From: an uncultured virus (IMG/VR IMGVR_UViG_3300025141_013938)
Taxonomy: Duplodnaviria > Heunggongvirae > Uroviricota > Caudoviricetes
Virus record (IMG/VR): IMGVR_UViG_3300025141_013938
DNA length: 64,000 bases
Direction: 5' to 3' (one strand)
Shown: piece by piece, positions 38,723 to 47,881 of the stretch
Numbering within the stretch: the first letter of the stretch is position 1
Layout: each line of letters begins with the position of its first letter
The notes under the pieces: model-generated
The model's database searches: none
What the model was told of the DNA's origin: nothing
What the model saw: only the letters and a program-made list of their open reading frames with translations
Position numbers and translations under genes: made by a program

Positions 38723-39562
38723 ATGAGTAAAATAGAAAAAACTTTCCCAACAGGAAAGCAACATGTATCATTTTCTGAGATCAAATGCTGGAAAGAGTGC
38801 ACATGGCGACATAAGCTAGTTCATATAGACAAAGTTGATATTTTTGAGCCCTCTCCTTACTTAGATTTTGGAACTGCCGTTCACTCTGGATGTGAGGTCC
38901 TTTTAGAAAAGAATGATCTTGATTATGATAGCCTCTTAAAAGATATTGTGGATGCTTGGGATAAGCATGGGTTTGGAAAGCCAGAGTGGTATGAAAAAAT
39001 GCCTGGCTGGTACAAGCATGTTCCTGTAGAAGAGTGGTGTACATGGGCATCTAATATGTGGAGCGAGATTCCAAAATTTTTAGATGAGACGTTTCCAGGC
39101 TGGGAGTTTGTATCTGCTGAGGAAATGTTATATGAGCCTGTTGAAAATAAGGATATTAACTTCAAAGGATACATAGACGGGATTATAAGAGTTCCTAATA
39201 AAGCTGGCAATGGGTACAAGTACTGGATCATTGACTGGAAAACAGCGCAGTCTTATGGGTGGAGAAGGTCTAAAAAGCAAGATATTTTAATGACTGCACA
39301 GTTAATGCTATATAAGCACTTTTGGTCTAAGAAGCACTCTGTTGAACTTAAAGACATAAGATGTGGTTTTATATTATTAAAGCGCGGCGGTAAGCCAGGC
39401 AAGGTCTGTGAGCTTGTGACAGTATCTGTGGGACCTAAGTCTCTAGAAAAAGCCCTAAAGATAATGAATAATATGATAACATCTGTTAGAAGAAAAATGT
39501 TTCTAAAGAATAGAGATTCTTGCAGGTACTGTCAGTTTAAAGACACAGAACACTGTACGTAA
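38723..39562 (+). CDS. PD-(D/E)XK nuclease (RecB/Cas4-like exonuclease)
   Basis: SFSEIKCWKEC, FGTAVH, GYID, IIDWKT, QLMLY and C-terminal CRYC..C (Fe-S staple-type cysteines). Confidence 0.85.
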   Translation: MSKIEKTFPTGKQHVSFSEIKCWKECTWRHKLVHIDKVDIFEPSPYLDFGTAVHSGCEVLLEKNDLDYDSLLKDIVDAWDKHGFGKPEWYEKMPGWYKHVPVEEWCTWASNMWSEIPKFLDETFPGWEFVSAEEMLYEPVENKDINFKGYIDGIIRVPNKAGNGYKYWIIDWKTAQSYGWRRSKKQDILMTAQLMLYKHFWSKKHSVELKDIRCGFILLKRGGKPGKVCELVTVSVGPKSLEKALKIMNNMITSVRRKMFLKNRDSCRYCQFKDTEHCT

Positions 39563-39591
39563 TTTACTAGTTTTTTTTACCACAGTAATAT
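39563..39591 (+). promoter_or_regulatory. Sigma70-like promoter for the GT4 pair
   Basis: TTTACT-N17-TAATAT. Confidence 0.45.
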
Positions 39592-39608
39592 TTTAGAGAA
39601 GGCAATCT

Positions 39609-40859
39609 ATGACCCAAAAGAAAAAAATTCTTGTTCTATCTGATCATGCACTATCAACTTCTGGAGTTGGCTGTCAGACAAGACACTTAATTAACGGACT
39701 GTTAAATAAAGATGGACACTGGACATTTCGACAGTTTGGTGCGGCTCTCAAGCACATAGATTATGAAACTGTTGTTGTCAATGAAGATTTTATCATCAAG
39801 CCCATTGATGGATTTGGAGATAGAAATCTTATAAGGATCACTTTAGCAGCTGAGAAGCCTGACATACTATTAATCTTCACTGATCCTAGATTTTTTATAT
39901 GGTTGTTTGAGATGGAAGACGAAATACACCAGATTTGTCCAATTGTTTGGTGGCATGTGTGGGATAACTATCCTTATCCAAAATTTAATGAATCTCTCTA
40001 TGAGGCAACTGACTCAATTAACTGTCACTCTCACCTGACATATGAAATGGTTAGCAACGTTTTTCCAGAAAAGACAAACTTCATACCTCACACACTGCCC
40101 GACGAGATCTTTCACCCCATCAGTGAAAAAGAGAAGAGAGAATTTAAGGGTAATGTTCTAGGTGAATCTAGAAAAGATCACTTCATTGCGTTTTGGGTTA
40201 ATAGAAATGCAAAGAGAAAAAGACCAAATGATGTACTTTTTTCGTGGAAGCTATTTTTAGACATGCTAGAAGAAAATCATGGGCATAGAAATGCAACACT
40301 TATAATGCACACTGATCCCTATGATCAAGAGGGCCCAAATCTAATCACAACAGCTGAGATGTTTAAAATACATGAAAATGTATTTTTCTCAACAGATAGA
40401 CTAGAATTTGAGAAAATGAATATACTTTACAATATATCAGATGTGACATTAAATGTGAGTTATGCTGAAGGATTTGGTCTTTCTACACTAGAATCAATGC
40501 AGTCTGGGACACCTATAATTGCTGTTAAAACAGGTGGGCTAACTAGGCAGGTCGTTGATCACAGAGACGGAACAGAAAACGGTGTAGCCCTAGATGTCGA
40601 GTGTAAGACACTTGTGGGTTCACAACAGGTGCCTTACATATATGAGGACTACTCACGTCCAGAAAGTATAGCAGGTGCTATTTTAAAGATCTATAATCTT
40701 TCTCCCGAAGAATCAATAAGTCTATCTAACAAAGTAAGAGAATATGCATTAAGTGAATTCTCTCACCAAGACATGATAGATAAGTGGCATGATACACTTT
40801 TAGATGTGTCTGATAATTGGGAGAAGAGATATAAAAGATGGGAATATTTTTCTCTATAA
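39609..40859 (+). CDS. Family 4 glycosyltransferase
   Basis: SGVG, NRNAKRK, EGFGLSTLESMQSGTPII. Confidence 0.88.
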   Translation: MTQKKKILVLSDHALSTSGVGCQTRHLINGLLNKDGHWTFRQFGAALKHIDYETVVVNEDFIIKPIDGFGDRNLIRITLAAEKPDILLIFTDPRFFIWLFEMEDEIHQICPIVWWHVWDNYPYPKFNESLYEATDSINCHSHLTYEMVSNVFPEKTNFIPHTLPDEIFHPISEKEKREFKGNVLGESRKDHFIAFWVNRNAKRKRPNDVLFSWKLFLDMLEENHGHRNATLIMHTDPYDQEGPNLITTAEMFKIHENVFFSTDRLEFEKMNILYNISDVTLNVSYAEGFGLSTLESMQSGTPIIAVKTGGLTRQVVDHRDGTENGVALDVECKTLVGSQQVPYIYEDYSRPESIAGAILKIYNLSPEESISLSNKVREYALSEFSHQDMIDKWHDTLLDVSDNWEKRYKRWEYFSL

Positions 40860-40877
40860 GAAGGGAGTTTTAAAAGA

Positions 40878-42065
40878 ATGATTGAAAATTCTTTTGTAGT
40901 AAAGAAAAAGGTAATAATCAGAGCTCCGCTGCTATCAATAAGTGGCTATGGAGTTCATTCAAGACAGATATTCAAGTGGCTTGAAACAAGAGATGACCTT
41001 GATGTTCGAACACAGATAGTCCAGTGGGGAAATACAAGCTGGATGATTAATTCAGAATTTGAATCAGGAGCCGTTGGTAAGATAATGAGCTTATCATCAA
41101 ATCATGATTCTCAGCCTGACATATCATTTCAGGTTCAGTTGCCTGACGAGTGGGATACTGAACTAGCAAAGCTCAATATAGGAATTTCTGCTGTTGTTGA
41201 AACTGATAGGTGTAACCCTGCATGGATAGAAAATATAAATAAGATGGATCACGTCATTGTTCCGTCTGAGCACATAAAAAATACTATTTTATCGACAGGA
41301 ACCGTCACAACACCGTTACACGTGATACCAGAGTGGTACATAGAAGAAATAGATAAAGACAGTGTAGCCGAATTAGACATAGAGGTTAGTACATCATTTA
41401 ACTTTATATCAATTGCTCAATTTACTGGAAATGATCCTGAAAATGATAGAAAAAATCTCTTCTATACAGTTAAGTGGTTTTGTGAGGCATTTAAAGGTGA
41501 CGAGGATGTGGGACTCATACTAAAAATAAATCACGGAAGAGGAACCACAATTGATAGACACATAACAAGAAATAAAATGAGACAGCTTGTGTCTGAGGTG
41601 AGGGATGGAGAATTTCCAAAGATTCATATAATCCACGGAAATTTATCATCTGAAGAGATGTCATCACTATACAGATTGCCAACTATCAAAGGCTTGATAA
41701 GTCTAACAAGAGGTGAGGGATTTGGCCTCCCTCTTCTTGAGGCAGCAGCGTCTGGAATTCCTGTCATCGCAACTAATTGGTCAGCTCATCTTGATTTTCT
41801 AAATCTTGGAAAATTTATACCTATTGACTATAGCATGGTAGAAATACCAGAGTCTCGAATTGATAATAGAATATTTTTAAAGGGCATGTGCTGGGCTGAG
41901 CCAATTGAGGCTGATTTTAAAAAGAAGATTATTAAGCTGAGACATAAGCATGACATACCAAAGCGCTGGGCACTAGATCTGTCTAGTCGAGTGAGAGATA
42001 TTTTTTGTTCAAAGTCTATAATTTCACAATATGACAGCATGATAAATGCCATCTTAGAAGATTAA
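40878..42065 (+). CDS. Family 4 glycosyltransferase
   Basis: SGYG, VPSEH, RKN, RGEGFGLPLLEAAASGIPVIATNWS. Confidence 0.88.
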   Translation: MIENSFVVKKKVIIRAPLLSISGYGVHSRQIFKWLETRDDLDVRTQIVQWGNTSWMINSEFESGAVGKIMSLSSNHDSQPDISFQVQLPDEWDTELAKLNIGISAVVETDRCNPAWIENINKMDHVIVPSEHIKNTILSTGTVTTPLHVIPEWYIEEIDKDSVAELDIEVSTSFNFISIAQFTGNDPENDRKNLFYTVKWFCEAFKGDEDVGLILKINHGRGTTIDRHITRNKMRQLVSEVRDGEFPKIHIIHGNLSSEEMSSLYRLPTIKGLISLTRGEGFGLPLLEAAASGIPVIATNWSAHLDFLNLGKFIPIDYSMVEIPESRIDNRIFLKGMCWAEPIEADFKKKIIKLRHKHDIPKRWALDLSSRVRDIFCSKSIISQYDSMINAILED

Positions 42066-42398
42066 ATGCTTTCTCTTTCTGTCTTGACCTCTAGCTTATG
42101 CGTTTTTTTAACACTTATTCTATCTGCGTCTATTTATTTTAACATTAAGCATGCATTGTTGATAATAAAAATGCAAGAAGCAATAGAGGAATCTCTGGAC
42201 ATATTAGATAAAAAATATGAGAAAATAGATGCAATTCTTAAAACTCCTGTTTTTTTTGATTCTATTGAAATAAGACAGGTCATAACTGAAATTAGATCAT
42301 CTCGAGACTCTATACTCTATCTTGCTAATATTCTTGCTGCTGTTACACAGGATGAAAATTATGATGAACAGCCGGAGAAAGAAATTAATGAGAGGTAA
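42066..42398 (+). CDS. Small protein with an N-terminal transmembrane helix and coiled coil
   Basis: Hydrophobic residues about 2-25, followed by a charged helical region. Confidence 0.6.
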   Translation: MLSLSVLTSSLCVFLTLILSASIYFNIKHALLIIKMQEAIEESLDILDKKYEKIDAILKTPVFFDSIEIRQVITEIRSSRDSILYLANILAAVTQDENYDEQPEKEINER

Positions 42399-43116
42399 AA
42401 GAGTTAAGAGAGTTGGTAGAAAAAAGGGAAGCAAGAATCTTTATTTTAATAAAGATACACATGACGCAATAGTTCGATACCAGATAGAGACCGACACATC
42501 AGCTAGAGAAAAAATATATGTAAGTGAAATCTTGCCAGCATTTGATAAGTTGGCAGAAAATCTTATCTTTATTCATGGTTTTGCAAAAAATGCTGACTCT
42601 TATGAGTCACTAAAGAGTGACTGTGTCGCATTTCTATATGAAACTTTAGAAAAGTTTGACCCATCAAGGGGAACAAAAGCATTCTCTTATTTCAATGTAG
42701 TTGCAAAAAACTGGCTAATTATACAGAGTAAAAAGAGGACTAAGAGCAATCAGCGTCTCGTAAGTATTGATGATTCAACTCGCCTTAGTAGTCATGACGT
42801 AGAGAAAATTGAAAACTTTTCGGTATCTCCCCCTCAAGATTTTTTTATGATCAAGAAAGAATCTATAGCAGAGTTATTTTCTCTAATGGAGATAATAAGG
42901 CTAAGGCTTAAAAGTGAAAATGAGATAGCATGCATGGATGCTATAATTACGCTATTTAAGAAAATAGATGATCTTGATCTTTTAAATAAGCGCGCAGTGT
43001 TTGTTTATATGAGAAGTCTTTCTAATTTAAATCCAAAACAATTATCAGTTGCAATGTCAACAATCAGAAAACACTACAGAGACCTAATTAAAGATGGGGA
43101 GTTTGATATATTTTAA
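42388..43116 (+). CDS. Phage sigma-factor-like protein (T4 gp55-like late sigma)
   Basis: Region-2-like KFDPSRGTKAFSYFNVVAKN. Start placed at ATG 42388. Confidence 0.65.
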   Translation: MRGKRVKRVGRKKGSKNLYFNKDTHDAIVRYQIETDTSAREKIYVSEILPAFDKLAENLIFIHGFAKNADSYESLKSDCVAFLYETLEKFDPSRGTKAFSYFNVVAKNWLIIQSKKRTKSNQRLVSIDDSTRLSSHDVEKIENFSVSPPQDFFMIKKESIAELFSLMEIIRLRLKSENEIACMDAIITLFKKIDDLDLLNKRAVFVYMRSLSNLNPKQLSVAMSTIRKHYRDLIKDGEFDIF

Positions 43117-43125
43117 GGAGGGATC

Positions 43126-43497
43126 ATGTCAAAGGTAGTTGAAAAACTTATAGACAGAGCTGCAGCTAAAGAGATAAAAATAGAAAAATTTTCTGATCTA
43201 TTAGAGTCTTTAGAGAACACAGAAGATAAAAAGAAGATGCTATGGAAAGAGATATATGAAAACTCTCTTAATGATAGAGAGAGTGCTGGAATATTATTCA
43301 CTGACCTCTTAGCACAGTCAAAAGGAAATGCAGCTAATCACGCAATGTTTGGCCAGATTATGTCTAAATATCTGGAGAGAATGTGTAAGTCAAATGATCA
43401 AATATTAAAGCTAGCAGAGCTAATAGCTAAAGAAGACACTAATAGCGATGTTCTCACGCCCGATGACATATTTAATCAGATAGACAAGAAAGAATAA
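43126..43497 (+). CDS. Hypothetical helical protein
   Basis: 123 aa ORF with an AGGAGG RBS, coupled to the next gene. Confidence 0.6.
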   Translation: MSKVVEKLIDRAAAKEIKIEKFSDLLESLENTEDKKKMLWKEIYENSLNDRESAGILFTDLLAQSKGNAANHAMFGQIMSKYLERMCKSNDQILKLAELIAKEDTNSDVLTPDDIFNQIDKKE

Positions 43498-45215
43498 TGG
43501 GAATAACAGGCCTAGGACAGCTATATACTCCTGGAGGATTGGGTGATAACACTCACGGTGTAAATGTTGGAAAAAGACCTGCTAATTTTTTCTATACAGC
43601 TGTTGTTATAAACTATATATCAAATCCAGTACTAGATCTAGAGCAAGTGGCACCCAATCAAGAGCCTAATTCAGAAACAGGAGAGTTTGCAACCTATAGG
43701 TCATCCCTGAAGAATGGCAAAAATAGAGTCTTGAATGTGAGTCGTGTAGATAAGATGCCGAGAAATAGCATCATTGCACAGATCGTCACCGGCGGTGAGG
43801 GAAGATATGGGATGGCTGAGATATTTTATCCCTTCTTCTCTCCTCACCTCTCTCTTCCCCTCAAGGCAGGAGAGCAAGTCTGGGTTTTTTATGAGGAAGT
43901 TGGACGAGGTACAAGAAGATCTGATACAGTTGGGTACTGGATAAGCAGAAAGTCATCAGATATACAGGTAGATGACATAAACTATACTCACCAAGATAGA
44001 GTTACACTAGGCTTGCCAAACCAGGGAGCGTCCTCTTCAGCTAGATCAAATCAAGAAGGAGAGTCTACATCTGGTGTTGATGCATATGGCTTTCCTCTTG
44101 GCGGGCGAAGAGATAGTGGGTCTAATACACTAGGTGGGACAGCCCCCTATGATTCCATAATAGATAATTCGTATTCTTACGTGGGAGACTTCACACCTGA
44201 GCCAGTTCCCAGGTATAGTAAGCGTTCGTCTGAGCTAGCTATCCAGGGGTCTAATAATACGCTCATATCTCTGGGAGAGGATCTTGGATTCAATGAAGAT
44301 AGGCTTCTCGTAGGAGATAGGCTAGTAAGTCAGGATGGAGCTGGAAAGTTAATATTTAGCCAGCCTGTCATGGGCCGCGGCACCATTGATATGGTCGTCG
44401 GACGTGGAGTTACTCTGTCTGACGGGACTACTATATTTGATAAGGACCCAGAGGAGTCCAAGTCAGATGCACTAGATCCGTCTACAGGTAGCTCTGGAGA
44501 CCCACCGGGAGTTCCTATAGGAATTGCCAAAAATACAAGAGAGTATATAGAGGTTGATAAGACACCAGATATAAGTGAGGTCGCTCAAAAAAGTAATTAT
44601 TATGAGGGAACTCCAGACTTTATCAACGACTTATCTAGAGCATACATTTCTATGAAAACGAGTGGAGATGAGAACTTTGCGATAGACAGCATAACAAATG
44701 TCGGATCCTCTACTGAAAATTCATCTGTTGACACCGATCCGCGTTCAGAGGAGCCCTACATCATATTAAAGTCAACAAATCCTAGGATCATAGCAAGAGA
44801 TGACGGAAGCATCAAGATAGTCCATGAGGCTGGATCATCTATCGTGATGGATGACAGCGGAAGGATACAGATACAGGGTGGCAGCATATGTATAGGTTCA
44901 GATACTGCAGATCAGCCCTACATCAGATATGATGAGTGGAAGCAGGTGATGAAGAATGTCATAGAGGACATAAATGAGCTTGCCCTAGCTGTGATGCAGA
45001 TCAACTTAATGCTATATACTTGCTCACAGGTCGGAGGCGCCAATTCATTTTCTGGAATGGCTGCGTGGAAAGCACTTAATGGAATGATATCAGCTCTTCA
45101 GGATACCACTGCTAGCGATATGTATATATACGAACTATTTGCAAATACAATAGGTGAACAAGTCCGAGAATATGACATAAAGAATGTTCAGTCCGAAATA
45201 ATATCAGGAGAATAA
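43497..45215 (+). CDS. Baseplate hub/spike protein (gp5/VgrG-like)
   Basis: OB-fold-like YPFFSPHLSLPLKAGEQVWV and C-terminal beta repeats (GSSIVMDDSGRIQI); upstream of gp25- and gp6-like genes. Confidence 0.55.
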   Translation: MGITGLGQLYTPGGLGDNTHGVNVGKRPANFFYTAVVINYISNPVLDLEQVAPNQEPNSETGEFATYRSSLKNGKNRVLNVSRVDKMPRNSIIAQIVTGGEGRYGMAEIFYPFFSPHLSLPLKAGEQVWVFYEEVGRGTRRSDTVGYWISRKSSDIQVDDINYTHQDRVTLGLPNQGASSSARSNQEGESTSGVDAYGFPLGGRRDSGSNTLGGTAPYDSIIDNSYSYVGDFTPEPVPRYSKRSSELAIQGSNNTLISLGEDLGFNEDRLLVGDRLVSQDGAGKLIFSQPVMGRGTIDMVVGRGVTLSDGTTIFDKDPEESKSDALDPSTGSSGDPPGVPIGIAKNTREYIEVDKTPDISEVAQKSNYYEGTPDFINDLSRAYISMKTSGDENFAIDSITNVGSSTENSSVDTDPRSEEPYIILKSTNPRIIARDDGSIKIVHEAGSSIVMDDSGRIQIQGGSICIGSDTADQPYIRYDEWKQVMKNVIEDINELALAVMQINLMLYTCSQVGGANSFSGMAAWKALNGMISALQDTTASDMYIYELFANTIGEQVREYDIKNVQSEIISGE

Positions 45216-45216
45216 C

Positions 45217-45447
45217 ATGGTAGTAGAGACAGAAACATCAGGAACAAACGAGGATCTTGAGCCAGAAGAGCAGCTTTATAATGACATAAAAATAGCATTT
45301 GGATATCCCGAAACAAGTGATATGCCAACAACAGTTGAAGGAACAGATGATAATCCCAAGCAACAGGCACGAGATAGCATCGAAGATATCTCAGAAAAAC
45401 TAAGAGATGCTATAGTTGCGTATGTAGAGACACAGTTAGACGAATAA
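45217..45447 (+). CDS. Small acidic hypothetical protein in the baseplate module
   Basis: 76 aa ORF with an AGGAG RBS. Confidence 0.55.
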   Translation: MVVETETSGTNEDLEPEEQLYNDIKIAFGYPETSDMPTTVEGTDDNPKQQARDSIEDISEKLRDAIVAYVETQLDE

Positions 45448-45510
45448 TTATGTCCCGTGTGAGATAATTAATATAATATCACCTTACAGCTCTCGTTTTT
45501 GATATAATTA
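45444..45510 (+). promoter_or_regulatory. Candidate late-promoter motifs (ATAATTA x3)
   Basis: ATAATTA at 45444, 45464 and 45504, upstream of the gp25-like gene. The same motif lies at 59774, before the gene at 59786. Confidence 0.4.
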
Positions 45511-45523
45511 ATCTTAGGAGTGT

Positions 45524-46015
45524 GTGATGTCAGAAGAGCTCAGCTTTAAAAGTGTTGGAATCAAGTCTAACGATCCTGATCTATTTAGAGCAGTACAGAT
45601 AAAGCCTGTCGGGATTAAGACACCGCTAGAGGTGGGCACTGGAAGATCAGGGATTTTTCAGATGCACTTTGATGTTGCTAATCAATTGATGGATAATCTT
45701 AGAAACCTAATACTAACAAATCATGGCGAGAGGCTTGGTGTCTATGACTACGGTGCAAATCTTCGACCTCTAACATTTGACGTGACAGCAAAAGATGACT
45801 GGGATGCAGAGGCGATGCTAAGGATTAATACAGCTGTGTCTAAGTTTATGCCACAAATGGATCTAGAGACATTTTCGTCGTCACTTTCTTCGAGAAGCGA
45901 ATCAAACATAATTGGCGAGTGGCTAGCACATGTTAGACTAGTCTTAAAATTTAATATACCCATGCTTGGTGTCACAAATAGAACGATGGCAGTTGACCTG
46001 TGGTGCGTAGGATAA
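45524..46015 (+). CDS. Baseplate wedge protein, gp25/GPW-like
   Basis: NLRNLILTNHGERLGVYDYGANLRPL..INTAVSKFMP. Confidence 0.8.
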   Translation: MMSEELSFKSVGIKSNDPDLFRAVQIKPVGIKTPLEVGTGRSGIFQMHFDVANQLMDNLRNLILTNHGERLGVYDYGANLRPLTFDVTAKDDWDAEAMLRINTAVSKFMPQMDLETFSSSLSSRSESNIIGEWLAHVRLVLKFNIPMLGVTNRTMAVDLWCVG

Positions 46016-46019
46016 CAAT

Positions 46020-47879
46020 ATGGCACAATCAAAAAAAATAAAAAATGTGAGATCTAACCAGAGAACATACCTTGCAAGAGATTTTGACTCTTTAAGGGCT
46101 GAGCTAACTCAATACGCAAAGATATATTTCAGTGATCAGATGACAGACTTTTCTGAAAACGGTGTAGGGGGACTGCTCATTGAGATGGCAGCGTTTGTGG
46201 GTGATACACTATCTTATTACCTAGATCATCAATTTAATGAGTTAGACATACAGACTGCTGTTGAAAGTCAAAACATAGAGAAACTCATAAGAGCATCAGG
46301 TGTGAAAATAACTGGAGCATCTCCCGCAACTGCAACTATAAATTTTTATCTAGAGGCTCCAGCAGCCTATTCAAATAATGAGTATGTTCCGGATGTAATA
46401 GCTCTTCCCATAGTCAAGGCGGGCACACTTTTAACATCGACATCTGGTGTGCTTTTTGAGCTTGGAAAAGATATTAACTTTGCTGAAACTGATGCAGCTG
46501 GAAAGACTGTTGCAACATATCAGCAGATGAAGACCTCAACTGATTCGTCTGGAAATATAGTACCAGTAACTTTTTCTGTCATGCTATCTGGAGAGTGTAA
46601 GTCTGGAATATTAAAGACTCAGTCATTTATAATTCCAGACACATTTTCTCCGTTCATGACAGTCATGCTCAATGATGTTGATGTGACCGAAATCATCTCA
46701 GTCAGAGACTCAGATGGAAATACTTATCACGAGGTTAGTGCTCTGACACAGGATGTAGTCTATAAGCGAGTATTAAATGTTGCTTCAGACAGTGATCTAG
46801 CACCTGAGAATCTAGAGCTTGTGCCTGCACCGTATAGGTTTATTTCGACTATGAGTAGAAGATCAGGAAAAACAACAATTAGATTTGGTGGGGGCAGTGC
46901 TAGCTCTACAGATGATGATATCATTCCTGATCCTAGTGAAGTTGCTATCTCACTTTTTGGAGAGAGAAAGACATTTTCAAGATTCACAATAGATCCAAAC
47001 TCACTTCTAGAGACAAGAACACTTGGAATTGCTCCCAGAAATACAACAATAACAGTAAAGTATAGGGCTGGCGGAGGTCTATCACATAATGTCCCAGCAG
47101 GATCAATTAATACTATTTCTACACTCTTTACACGGTTTTCATCAGGTGCTCCATCTAGCACGATTTCTTCAGTTAGATCCTCCATTGAGTGTTCAAATAT
47201 AAACCCCTCAGCTGGAGGTGAGGCTCCATTGACGCTAAATGAGATGAGATCTACAGCACTAGCTTACAGAAATTCTCAAGCAAGAATTGTGACTAGAGAA
47301 GATCTTATTGCAAGAGTCTATGCAATGCCATCTAACTTTGGAAGAGTTTTTAGAGTAGGAGTTCATACAAACCCAAATAATCCTCAAGCAGTGACAATGT
47401 GCATTATAAGCAGAAACTCAAGTGGAAATCTAGTCACCTCACCAGATGCTTTAAAACAAAGTCTGAGGCTATATATCAATCAATACAGGCTGATATCAGA
47501 TGCAATTGATATATGTGAGGCACGAGTAATTAATGTGGGAATAGATTACGGTGTTGTAATAGACGAAGTATCTAACAAAAATCTAACAATACAAAATATC
47601 AATAAGTCATTACAAGACTATATGGTAATTGAAAATTTTCAAATTGATCAACCAATAATCACATCTGATCTTGTATCTTTAATAATAAACACTGTAGGTG
47701 TTGTGTCACTGGTGAACTTTAAAGTTAAAAACACATCTGGAGTAGTTGACGGCAGAAGGTATAGTCAGGAATTATTTTCTATTCCGTACAATACAGACAG
47801 GGGTATTATCATGCCCACTCCAGGTTCAATTTTTGAGTTAAAATATCCTAAAGATGATATTGTTGGTTTTGCGAGATAA
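46020..47879 (+). CDS. Baseplate wedge protein, gp6/baseplate-J-like
   Basis: YLARDFDSLRAEL, DFSE..G..LIEMAAFVGDTLSYYLD, YRAGGG, GGE, QARIVTRED. Confidence 0.85.
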   Translation: MAQSKKIKNVRSNQRTYLARDFDSLRAELTQYAKIYFSDQMTDFSENGVGGLLIEMAAFVGDTLSYYLDHQFNELDIQTAVESQNIEKLIRASGVKITGASPATATINFYLEAPAAYSNNEYVPDVIALPIVKAGTLLTSTSGVLFELGKDINFAETDAAGKTVATYQQMKTSTDSSGNIVPVTFSVMLSGECKSGILKTQSFIIPDTFSPFMTVMLNDVDVTEIISVRDSDGNTYHEVSALTQDVVYKRVLNVASDSDLAPENLELVPAPYRFISTMSRRSGKTTIRFGGGSASSTDDDIIPDPSEVAISLFGERKTFSRFTIDPNSLLETRTLGIAPRNTTITVKYRAGGGLSHNVPAGSINTISTLFTRFSSGAPSSTISSVRSSIECSNINPSAGGEAPLTLNEMRSTALAYRNSQARIVTREDLIARVYAMPSNFGRVFRVGVHTNPNNPQAVTMCIISRNSSGNLVTSPDALKQSLRLYINQYRLISDAIDICEARVINVGIDYGVVIDEVSNKNLTIQNINKSLQDYMVIENFQIDQPIITSDLVSLIINTVGVVSLVNFKVKNTSGVVDGRRYSQELFSIPYNTDRGIIMPTPGSIFELKYPKDDIVGFAR

Positions 47880-47881
47880 AG

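Noticed and set aside
38723..39562. CRISPR-associated Cas4 locus
   Set aside because: No repeat-spacer array or other cas genes were seen; stand-alone PD-(D/E)XK nucleases are common in phages.
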